Shown in pieces: positions 12,770 to 24,100 of a stretch of DNA of 64,000 bases (position 1 is the first letter of the stretch; every line of letters starts with the position of its first letter). Below the pieces are notes generated by a model that saw nothing but the letters and a program-made list of their open reading frames with translations, did not search any database and was not told the origin of the DNA. Origin of the DNA: Schmidtea polychroa (Eukaryota). The stretch lies in the NCBI GenBank assembly GCA_044892525.1, contig CM097885.1, positions 32,304,001-32,368,000 on the forward strand. Direction: 5' to 3'. The position numbers and the translations under genes are program-made.

Positions 12770-15472
12770 CATTTAAATTTCCATTTAAATTTCCATTATA
12801 AATTACATTTCTCAAAAAAGTTGGTGGTTATTCAATCTTTTGATAATAAATTTAAAAATCTTAGTTTAATTTACTTAGTACATTAATTATTTAAAAATTA
12901 TTACTTTAATTTACTTATTTAATTTAAAATTTGAACCTTAATTTACTTTTTTAAAAATTATTACTTTAATTTACCTAATTATTCTTTATTTCTTAATTTT
13001 ACACCATAATTTACTTAACAACTAATTATAACCCTTATTTTCATATTTAACCAATAATTTCATGTGGTCATCTGCTTGTAAGTGTTTGGTATCTAGTTGA
13101 CAGTGCTTATTACTAGGTAAGTTACTTGGTTGTTAGTACTTGGTATCTAGTACCTGGTTGATGTTGGTTGTATGTACTTGGTATCTAGTTGTTAGTAACT
13201 AGTTGTAGGTAATTAATGCTTAGTAGTTGGTAACTGGTTGTTAGTACTTGGTAGTTGGTAGCTAGTTGGTTGTATGTACTTGGTATCTAGTTGTTAGTAA
13301 CTAGTTGTAGGTACTTAGTAGTTGGTAATTAATGCTTAGTACCTGGTTGATGTTGGTTGTAGGTACTTAGTAGTTGGTAGCTAGTTGGTTGCTATCAGGT
13401 AACTAGTAGTTAGTAACTAGTTGTAGGTATCTGGTTGTTAATACATGTTCGTAATTTACTGGTACTTGGTATCTAGTTGTTAGTTGTTAGCGGGTTGTTA
13501 GTAACTAGGTATCTAGTTGTTAGTACTTGGTTGATAATGCTTAGTACCTGGTTGATGTTGGTTGTTAGTACTTAGTAGTTGGTAGCTAGTTGTTAGTAAC
13601 TAGTTGTAAGTACTTGGTATCTGGTTGTTAGTTGTTATCTGGTTGTAGGTACTTGGTATCAGGTAACTGGTTGTTAGTATCTAGTTGTAAGTACTTGGTA
13701 GTTGGTTGTTAGTTGTAGGTATCTGGTTGTTAATACATGTTCATAAGTTACTGGTTGTTGGTACTAAGTTGTTGGTTTGTTGTTGAATTATTATTAAAAT
13801 TTGTCTTTGAAAAATATTTCATAAAAATTTTCATTAAAAATTATCTTAAAAATTTCCATCTAAAATTATCATTGAAAAATATTTCATAAAAATTTCCATC
13901 TAAAATTATCATTGAAAAATATTTCATAAAAATTTCCATTAAAAATTAATTAAAAAATTATTCCATAAAAATTTCCATTAAAAATTACCATTGAAAAATA
14001 TTTCATTAAAATTTCTATTAAAAATTACTTAAAAATTATTTCATAAAAATTTTCATTAAAAAATTTCAATTCTCAAACACCTTCTATTATTTTGTAATTA
14101 AATTTTAAAATCTTACTTTAATTTACTTATTACATTACTTTAATTTACTTTTTTAAAAATTATTACTTTAATTTACTTATTTAAAATTTTTTACCATTGA
14201 TTACTTAATTTAAAAATTTGGACCATTATTTACTGTAATTTAATTTTTAAGAACTTAAATTTACTTTAATTCAAAAATTTGGACCATTATTTACTTTAAT
14301 TGAAAAATCTGGACCATAATTTACTGTAATTTAATATTTTAGAACCATAATTTACTTTAATTTAATTTTTAGAACCATTATTTACTGTAATTTAATTTTT
14401 TAGGACCATTATTACCTTATTTGAAAATTTGAGCCATAATTTACTTTAATTTAATTTTTTAGAACCATTATTTACTTTAATTTAAAAATTTGAGCCATAA
14501 TTTACTGTAATTTAATTTTTTAGGACCATAATTACCTTATTTGAAAAATTTGAACCATAATTTACTTTAATTGAAAAATTTGGACCATAATTTACTGTAA
14601 TTTAAAAATCTTAGTCCATAATTTACTGTAATTCAATTTTTAGACCCATAATTTACTGTAATTTTAAAAAATTTACCACGTTTTTTAGTGTAGACCACCT
14701 TTGTCTATTGAAATTCTCAGGACCAAGGAGACCCACCTTAATTTAATTCGAAAAATCCATGCTTTTTTATTGATAGTCGGATTTTTGTATTGAAAATATC
14801 CTGAGACCTTAAATTACCATGCTTCTTTATTGAAGACTCACCTCACTATAGTCTGAAAAATCCTTGGCTTTTTTAGTGGTAGTCGGATTTTTGTATTGAA
14901 AATATCCTGAGACCTTAAATTACCACGTTCTTTTTTAGTGTAGACCACCTATTTCTCAGGACCAAGGAGACTCACCTCACTATAGTCTGAAAAATCCTTG
15001 GCTTTTTTAGTGTAGACCGGCTTTTTGTATTGAAAATATCCTGAGACCTTAAATTACCATGCTTTTTTATTGATAGTCGGATTTTTGTATAGAAAATCCC
15101 AGGACCATCGAGACCCCCTCACTATAGTCTGAAAATTCCATGCTTTTTTATTGATAGTCGGATTTTTGTATAGAAAATAATTTTTTGTATTGAAAATCCC
15201 AGGACCATCGTTTTTGTATTGAAAAAATTTTATTTGTATTGAAAATCCTAGGACCATCGAGACCCTCTCACTATAGTCTGATAAATCCTTGACTTTTTTA
15301 TTGATAGTCGGATTTTTGTATTGAAAATCCCAGGACCATCGAGACCCCCTCACTATAGTGTGATAAAAAAAAATTTGGACCAAAAATCCCTGAAAGCAAA
15401 AAAATGAGTTGGGAACAATTGCGTAATAAAAATTTGGGAACAAACCCCTCCCCCCCCCGGGGGGGGGGGGGG
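8770..15472 (-). repeat. Right arm of giant inverted repeat
   Basis: Reverse complement of the left arm; near-identical in the inner ~1.8 kb, visibly diverged with indels at ~10600-11900. Confidence 0.92.
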
Positions 15473-16360
15473 TAATTGTTCCCGTGGGCTACTATCTACC
15501 TACTAATAAGAATAATAAAATACGAAAAAATATAATAATCTATTGAATTTTATTTCATTTTGAAAATATTTTTACAAAAATAAAATGGAATTTAAAATAG
15601 CAAAAGAGATTTAAAACATCCTTGATTAGTTTCCGAAATTTAATTTCATAAACATAAATGACTTAGACCAGACAAGAAATAATTACTTTATAAAATAAAT
15701 ATTGCAGGAAATACTTAAATATATATCTGTAATGAAAAGTGTTTTTATTTTTCTAAGCTATTTTTTGGAAAATAAATGGAACCATTTCATTATTGTGTAA
15801 GAAAATATCAAATAATGTTGAATTTCGAAGCGTATCTCTTTTTTCGGACTACCGGTTTCACAATTTAACATTCCCTATAATCTTTCGACAGCTTAATAAT
15901 GAATTCCCATAACCTTGCTTACGCGTTGAAGTTTTATAAAAAAATTTGGCAATATTATTATCAACATAAAAATATTTAATTTTTTAAATCTCTCAAACTC
16001 GATTTTCCATGCAGGGTTTGGTTTTGTGAAGAATTCCCATATCAAAATCTGTTTTGCACTAGTTTTTAATAATTAAAGCATGGCTGAATATTTTCGATGT
16101 GTTTTCATTGAGCGCTTAACTTATGTATGGTCGAAGACTCTTGGATTTATCGTTGCGCATAATAAGTATCAATTAAATGAATTTAAAATACATTCATAAA
16201 TCTCCTTATTTCGATTGAGGTCGCATCCCGGAGACCAAGTTCCTTGCTATTTGTTAGACGCCGCCCAGATATTTTATGAATGCAAAAATTGTATCCGTGT
16301 TTTTGATTTTTTCGACTTTAGCTATATCTTATTTTTGCGCATTTTGATCATAAACTATAT

Positions 16361-16897
16361 TTATTCCGAGTTAAAATGAATTGTTGTAAATTGGTCCTCC
16401 TTGGATGATGAGGAATTATTCTCATTGGAAGGACTAGAGATGACTGCAGTTTCAGCTGACAATAATAATTGTTCGTGGGAATTAGTTTGAGATAGACGAG
16501 TGGCATTTCCATAATTTTGATAATTGTTAATGGGAACTGACTGAATGAATATTGGAGTATAATTGTCCACAAGTTCGCTTGGTTCATTCGTTTTATCACC
16601 GAATTCGATTGAACTTTTACAGATATATTCTAATAATTTAACGTTTTTGTGTAGTTTTTTTTCCATCGAAAGTTTTTTTTTGTCTGGAGAAGTTTCTTTA
16701 ATAATGAAGTAGACACACAATGAAACAAATAATACGATAATAACAAATGTCTTGAAGCTTAGATCGATAATTAAATGAATTATATTATCGTTGCATATTT
16801 GAAAATGTTGCATCGGCGCACAAATGTAAAATCCAACAATTCTTAATATAAATAGATGAAATGTCTGGCAGGTCATAGTAACAATCCAAAAATACAA
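16361..16897 (-). CDS. Possible terminal exon of a membrane protein (hydrophobic helices plus Ser/Asn-rich tail)
   Basis: 178-codon ORF in very AT-rich DNA with hydrophobic segments (TFVIIVLFVSLCVYFII); no family recognised. Confidence 0.3.
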   Translation of the reverse strand: MYFWIVTMTCQTFHLFILRIVGFYICAPMQHFQICNDNIIHLIIDLSFKTFVIIVLFVSLCVYFIIKETSPDKKKLSMEKKLHKNVKLLEYICKSSIEFGDKTNEPSELVDNYTPIFIQSVPINNYQNYGNATRLSQTNSHEQLLLSAETAVISSPSNENNSSSSKEDQFTTIHFNSE

Positions 16898-19852
16898 CTA
16901 TATCTTCAATGTATATATAGATATAGTAAGAAGTATAAATGAACAATATATAAAATCTTTATTATAAATTTCTTAATAAGCCAAATTCAAAGCTAATATA
17001 CAAAAGCTTAATGTTTAAACAAAAGGTTATTTTATTTAACTTAATAATTTTCAATAAACGTGTTTTAATAAAATCTCAAAACGCCTGTAAAATCACTACA
17101 TCAATTCTCACCTAACACATTTTACTGAATTTTCAAAATTAGAACGATAAATCAATCCCTTCACCATGTTTCTCTTATATCCGAAGTTACAAAAGCGTTC
17201 GGACGAAGTATAGAGACCAATATCGGTTTGTTTTCATTACTTCCGTCCGATCCATAATGAACACGATGTTCTATAGTTATGTAAACTTGACTGACAAAAT
17301 GTGAAAAACAGAATATTTTGCTTGATGAAATAAAATGAAGGCAATTTGTAAAATTATTTAAATCAAATATTGAAATGAATTCCTCAAAAAACTTAAAAAA
17401 ATTCTGTAAAATAATCCTTTTTCTTCATTCAATTTCTATTATTTAATTAATTAATTTTTTAAAAATCATTTCAATTTCAATACGGTTCGTGATACTTCCA
17501 ATTAATTTAATTAAAACGATAAATTTTGAAATCGTTTAAATGATTCATTATGAAAATAGTTCAAAATATATAATTATATATATAAATCGAAAAAATGATA
17601 CGAAATTTTAATAAAAATACTGAAACACCGATAAAAAATATAATTCAAGGACATTATTCTCTTCATCAGTCTGCTATCATAATTTGTGTCAAATGCAATA
17701 TATGGAAACAATAAAGATGTAATAGCATAGTTATAATTAAATGAGTTAATAAAATAATCTCAAAAAGTACTTTTCTGATTGGATGTAAATTGTAGGGGAT
17801 TGTGATTTATTCACCAAGGGCTCATAAAAGTCTTTCCCAATTATTATTAAAATTTTATAAAATTTGAAATCATTTGTTTCTACACATTCTTCTATACTAA
17901 ATAATATTACTCTAGCTTTCAATCGACAATATTTCTGAACCCATGTGCGGAAAAGACGGGAAGTCTCACCAATGTATGTAGCATTTAAACCATTAAATTA
18001 CTATTGGGGTTTGAGATTTATTTATTTAATGATTTTAAAGATTTTGACACTGTTTTAAATATATTGGAATAGCCTAATGATTTGATGACAGAAAACTTAA
18101 TTTTTAAAATGTTTCCAAATATGGAATAATTAAAACATGAGATATTATTGGTTCACCATGTTTAAATCAACCATAATTTTCAATGTTTTCATTAGTCAAT
18201 ATTTCTATAAAAGGCTTTGAGTACCCATCTTTATTCAACTCCACATCCAAACTAGGACACCAAGGAATGGTCGCACTTATGTCAAGTAGACTATGTGAGA
18301 CCAGTAATTAATATCAAATCAGCTCAACATGACAATACTAATCATAGAACAAAAGGCGAATATCTTACCCATCCTTAAAATCCTTAGACGAGCACATTAA
18401 ACTTAAGAATAAAGGCAGATCCCTGCTCAAATTTTAAAGGGTAACATTGAAACTTAGAACTAAACTTTCAAACTTAAAAATAGGGGTGGATTCCTGTCTA
18501 AAAACTTAATAAATAATTTTGAATAATGACTAGCTAAGATAGAAGAAATAAAACTTGAAAATAAGGGCGCACCTCTGTGCATATTTTGGAAGAGTAGTGT
18601 ACATAAAGACGACTATTATAAGGAGATCAAATATAGATTAAAAAGCTGGTAATCATGGTGTATTCCTATTCAAAGGGTTCGAGAGTAGTACTGATCGTGA
18701 CAAGAGGTTAAGACCAAATTATTAAAACTGAGAAATCAGGGTGGATCCCTGCTCAAAATCTTAAAGCTAACATCACACAATATCAGTATCATAAAATATT
18801 TAAACTCAAAACAGGGAAATGAGGGCGGAGCCCTGCGCGAAACAGGAATCGGGAATACCGAGCGATTGGGCCAACAATTATGATTAAACAACCTATACTC
18901 ATCTAAAAATCCAAACTACCGTTGACTAAGGTTGGTATGACAATAAATTAGTGCTGGATAATAACATAAACCACCAGTTTATCGTCGGTGTAGCTAATTC
19001 AACACATTTGACAATATTAAGCTTTATAACAGTTAATCAGAGTTGAAATTTGAATTTTAAAATAGAGAGTAATATTTAAAACCATAATTTTATTATTCTA
19101 CTGTTTTACATGGAACAGCACATCTGACAGATTGTGAGACGACGAAGATGCCCAAGGTAAATGTCCAACGATTGTGCAATGAAAATAGATCATGAGGTGG
19201 TCATCATCCACGATTGTACCACTAGGAGTCTAAAATTGAGGTAAACCGTTTTGACGGTTTTACTATAAAATCACGAAATCGGTTTCATTAAATTATGAAG
19301 TTATTCCACATGATAGTTGCACGATCTTGTTATAAAATATGAATGAATGTAGTAGATATGTTCCCTGTACGCTCCTCTGGATCAATAAATATGCATATTG
19401 ATCCCAGTAGGCAGAGGGGAAGAGGAAATCAGTATTTCCCAGACACAGTGTTCGCAAGCTGAAGGGAAGGAAAAAACCCACTTAAACATGCAGACTCGAC
19501 TGCTTGACGATTATAGTGTACAGGAATACGTTCACTTTTCGCGAGCATTCATTCATGCGACACATTGCCAACGTTGATTGCTCAACTGGTGTCGGATTTG
19601 TTGCGTCGGAGACGACACAAAAGAGTAAAATGTGGATTACCTGCGACCCACTAATACTAAAAAATATATATTTTGCATCTTTTATTTATACCATTTTAAA
19701 TATCTAAATTCTTGTTGTCAAATACTTTTTTTTGAATTTTTTAATACCTGAATCCCCAATATTTATTACATTTACCAACAAAATAATTTTCTACATTTAC
19801 ATTTTGTACTTTACTTTCAAATTTAGTATTTTGATCTTTGATATGACAAATT

Positions 19853-20718
19853 TGTTGGGGTTCAACAAGAGAGGCACAAAAATGAGGTGAAAATTGATAA
19901 AAACACCAAATTCAAAATAAAAATTTAAAGTACAAAATATTAATTAAAAAAATCAAAATTTTAAAAATGAATATTTTCTGGGGGAAACTGGTATGGGCGG
20001 ATGCTAAATAATGAGACGAGTTCAGCTATAATAAAATAAAATCAATGGGGGGTCCCTAAAAGGAATAAATTACAAAAAACAAAAATTAATTAAAATTAAT
20101 TAACTAATGGAAAACCCGAGCTAATGGGAAACCCGAGCTAATGGAGAACCCGAGCTAATGGGAAACCCGATACAATGGAAAACCCGAGCGAATTGAGAAA
20201 TCCAATTTCGGGAAGGCAATTAATTTAGCCGGATAAAAAGCGCCGTCAAAGGAAATGAGCAAATTCCCTGCAATTAAATTAGACCTCCAAGAGGAAGCCC
20301 GGGGGAAATAAAACCAAAAATAATTGGCAAAAATAAAGTCAATTAACAAGCGAGTATAAAAGCAACTGACAAGAAAACAAAATGCCAGTTGGTCGAAGAA
20401 AAGAAAACAGAAGTTGACGAGAGTGAAAAAGGAAATATCAAAGTTAGTCGAAAGTAAACCATATAAAAAAAAAAATCGAACGTACCAGAAAGGGATATCT
20501 CCCGTTGGAAGATCTACCCCTGCGTGAGATTTGTTGGCAATTGAAAAGTGCAGACAAAACCTGATTGTATCAAGTGTGAGTAAACTAATACAAGTGTAAA
20601 AGTGTAACTGCATCAGTGTCAATAAAGATTTTGTGTTGGGTTATTTGTTTATTTATTTATTTGGAAAAGAACACAAAGGAGTCAGACCGTAGTACCGACT
20701 TGCATTAAAAACCCAACA
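19853..20718 (+). repeat. 5' LTR (866 bp)
   Basis: TG...CA ends with a 7-bp terminal inverted repeat; candidate TATAAAA at 20355; AATAAA at 20621 followed by a GT-rich tract. Confidence 0.97.
20106..20190 (+). promoter_or_regulatory. Five 17-bp tandem repeats in the LTR (putative U3 enhancer array)
   Basis: aatgg(g/a)(a/g)aacccgagct-type unit x5; also present in the 3' LTR. Confidence 0.55.
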
Positions 20719-20722
20719 TATT

Positions 20723-20740
20723 TGGTGAGCCCGACGTGAT
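20723..20740 (+). promoter_or_regulatory. Primer-binding site, tRNA-Trp type
   Basis: TGGTGAGCCCGACGTGAT starts after a 4-nt gap from the LTR and matches the tRNA-Trp PBS of avian leukosis viruses (TGGTGACCCCGACGTGAT) at 17/18. Confidence 0.9.
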
Positions 20741-21186
20741 CAAAAGTCGGTGAAGATTTGTTGAAATTGTGAAAGTATTTGACTATAATATCGAATAATA
20801 CCGACGTGATCAAAAGTCGGTGAAGATTTGTTGAAATTGTGATAATATTTGAGTGATACCGAGGAATAAAAAGGTCGGTGAAAATTTGTTGAGATTAGTA
20901 AAGTATCAAAAAAAAACAATTTGGAAAAAGATAATAATAATTAAATAAATAAATATTGAAGTGAAACGTTTATTTGAAAGTGGTGAACATTATTCGAGAA
21001 TTATTAAAGTGGTGAATTTATTATTGAAGCAAAGTGGGAAAATTTGTAACGAGTGATTGTTGAAAAGTCAAAATTAAAACGAAAGGTAAATTTTGTAATT
21101 GTAATACTTTAAATTTTAGACGAGTAAAACCTGTGTTAACCAGATCATTTTATAAATTGAGAAGCCAAAAACTAGTAGAGAATATA

Positions 21187-24100
21187 ATGAGTACCCAAAG
21201 ACAAGTTAATAATACAAATAATAATGATGAAACACCGGTGTCCACAGTTTCTGTGGGGAATGCCAGGGAAGGCAATGATTATGCGAGTTGCCAAAAACTA
21301 CCTGTGGATCAGTACGGTGGAGATCCGCTGGAATTTGTCGATTTCATGGCAGATTACTATATGTATGCGACGGCCTATGGATGGAGCCAATCGATAATGG
21401 TGCAAAGATTACCGCTATACCTAAAAGGAGCAGCCAGAGAAGCGTGGCAACAAATTGATAAAAGAATAGTAGCAAATGACTGGACCAAGTTGAAAGACGC
21501 TTTAGCTACGAAATTAATCGGAGGGGATATCAAACGGATAATGCGACAGAAATTCTATAACCGCGTACAAAAGCCAGAGGAATCGGTAAGTGAGTTTGCT
21601 TATCATTTATCAACTCTTGCAGAGAAAGCGTTCGAAGTGAAACCAGAACAGGCCGAGATGGCAAAGCAGGTAAAAGAATTATTGCAGGATCAATTCTTGT
21701 CAGGAGTAAAGAAAGAAATTAAAAAGGCTCTATGCTATGTTGATTTTAATGACTTTGATGAATTGATCAAAAAGGCAATGAAAATTGAGCTAAATTTAAA
21801 AAGCACACAGTCAAAATCAGAATCGTTTGCAGTCATCTCAGGCGCAAGCGAAAGATCAGTAACCCCAATTAGAAACAATCGTTTTCAACAAACAAGTAGT
21901 CCATCACCAAAATTTAGATCCAAATTTGAGTCGAACAAGTCAACAGATATTCAAACAGATGGAAAGGAAGGTCCCATCCAATGTAGTCATTGCCAAAGGA
22001 TTGGACACCATGTTAACCAATGCTGGTTTAAAAATAGAGTACAGAGAAGCCCAATTCCGATTCAGTGTGATAATTGCCAAAGAATGGGACATGACAGCAA
22101 TCAATGCTGGTCCAAAAATAATGTACAACGGAGTCCAAGGCAAATGTGGCCTGATTGGTTAAAAGGAAATGGTGCGAAAAGTTTCACTAAAGCGAACATT
22201 AATGAGCCGAGAACTAATGATAACTTACAATGCTTTAATTGCGGAAGAAAAGGGCATGTGTCACGAAATTGTTTTGCCAGGTCAAGATCAACATCAACTT
22301 CACCATCACCGCAGAGAGATAAAGTAAATCTACAAGGACAAATTCAATGTCATTCATGCAGAAGTTATGGACACATGGCTAGATCATGTCCAAGAAATGT
22401 GGATAAATTCCAAAGGCCCATATTAAAGAAATCGATTAGGTTTCAGAGTGACAAACCGCAGATGGATAATGTAGCTTTTATTCAGCCAGATAATTTTAAT
22501 GAAAGAATTGAAAGCGAAGTGAGAGAAATGGGTCGACGTTTGGATCGATTGATGTCAAAGTTTGAATCAGAAGAGGACTACAATAATCACATGATGTATG
22601 AGTCGCAAGAGGAATTGAATGAAAAAGAGTCGAAAAGGAGAGTTATAAAAGATGATTTAGAAAGTGAAAAAGCAACAATGATAATGACCAGAATCGAAAA
22701 ACTAATTGGAAATAATGAAATAGAGTCGGCTAAAGTGATCAAATCGTTGAGAGAATTAAGTCAAATATCTTTGAGCATGAGAAAGATAAAAAGTGTAATT
22801 AGCTTGTGCGTTAACTACTATAATATGAATCCAAAGTATAAAGAAGAAATTAAAGAATTAATGAAAATATTCGGAAAAGCTTTGAGAGAGAAAACAGGGT
22901 TAGATTCCATCTTTGTGGAAGTAGTAAATGGGATTGATAAAAGTGTATTATGTTGTCGTTGTGAGGCAAATGATTGTGTAAATGATTTAAAGAATAAATT
23001 AAAAGAAAAAAAGGAAGGATGCATGATAGAGTTGAGATTTAATGAGAGATTGTTAGAAAATGACGAATTTTTGGTAGATTGTGGATTTATACCAGGGAGT
23101 ATAAATGAATTAAAAATGGAAAATGTAATTACTAGTGATGAAATAATGAGTAGTAAAATAATAGACAAAAGGAATTCAAGGGAGATATTAGAGGAATTAA
23201 ATGATGCGTTATACATTGGAGATGAAGATGAAATCGATGAGAAGTTACAGATTATTGAGAAATTAGAAATGGAGGACAACGATAAACTAAAAATAGTGAA
23301 TACAATACGACCATATTTACATGTGAAAACCAGATATGCCAAGTTATTAAGAAGTTTATTGCAAAGATTGGGCAAGGAGCTCAGAAAGGCAAGAGTAGAG
23401 TTAAAGCCATTTTTGATAGCATTAGATTATGAGGGATATGGCAAAACGGAATATGTAGACGAGCATTGGTGTGCAAAGGTCCGAAAATTGCGGAAGAGAG
23501 CGGCTGAAACGCTGGGAAAAGATGGAATTATTATAGTAATGTACAAAGGTGAAGAACTTGACGATGATGAATACCTATATGATTGTGGGTGTGTACCACA
23601 AGAGCTGGATGAAAACGGATATTTGATCCGAGATGGACGAGTGGGATATTTAGTGAACCATATAGTCGTAGTAAAAGGAGTGAGTTTAGAAGTAAATATT
23701 GAGTCTAACAAGCCTGACACAGAGGAACAAGATGAAAAAGTTAAGGGAAATAAAGAAATTGATGAAATCGTTAGTGATAATGAGCAAAAAGATCCTGATA
23801 ACAAAGATCAGTCCACGGAACCAGACGTACAAGGAGAGCTACTTGTACCTGAAGGCGAAATAAATGGTGAAATCAAAAATAAGAAAGTTAGAACTTTATA
23901 TGAAATAAAGAAATATTTAGTGAGGCTAGAACAGGACGTCGACGAAACTAAGAAAATGTTGAAACATCTCGTTAAAGCAGTATATCCAATGTTCGACATA
24001 GAAATAGAGGTAGAGGATGAACTGAAAGAAATAGTTAAAGAGATGAAGAATAGGCTTCCTGAAGTGATGCAGAAATTTGGCGAAGAGAATACATTCTGCG

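Larger units (their letters stand above)
1..15504. mobile_element. Giant non-coding fold-back element, putative non-autonomous Polinton/Maverick-like; left terminus lies just upstream of the window
   Basis: 1..~7760 is the reverse complement of ~8770..15472 (e.g. gtttgttcccaaatttttattacgcaattg near 30 vs caattgcgtaataaaaatttgggaacaaac near 15416). The right end taattgttcccgtgggctactatctacctact (15473-15504) resembles the end of the 59080-60664 element. No credible ORF. Confidence 0.8.

Noticed and set aside
1..15472. Giant palindrome as a pure fold-back sequencing artefact
   Set aside because: The arms differ by many indels and substitutions, there is a unique spacer, and a TSD-flanked relative exists. 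Read-level confirmation is still advisable.
19293..19707. GC-richer block with two short ORFs upstream of the LTR
   Set aside because: No recognisable protein or convincing exon structure in any frame read.
20155..20622. Minus-strand hydrophobic ORFs in both LTRs (also 35874-36340)
   Set aside because: Complement of A-rich LTR sequence; the frame differs between the two LTRs because of an A-tract indel.
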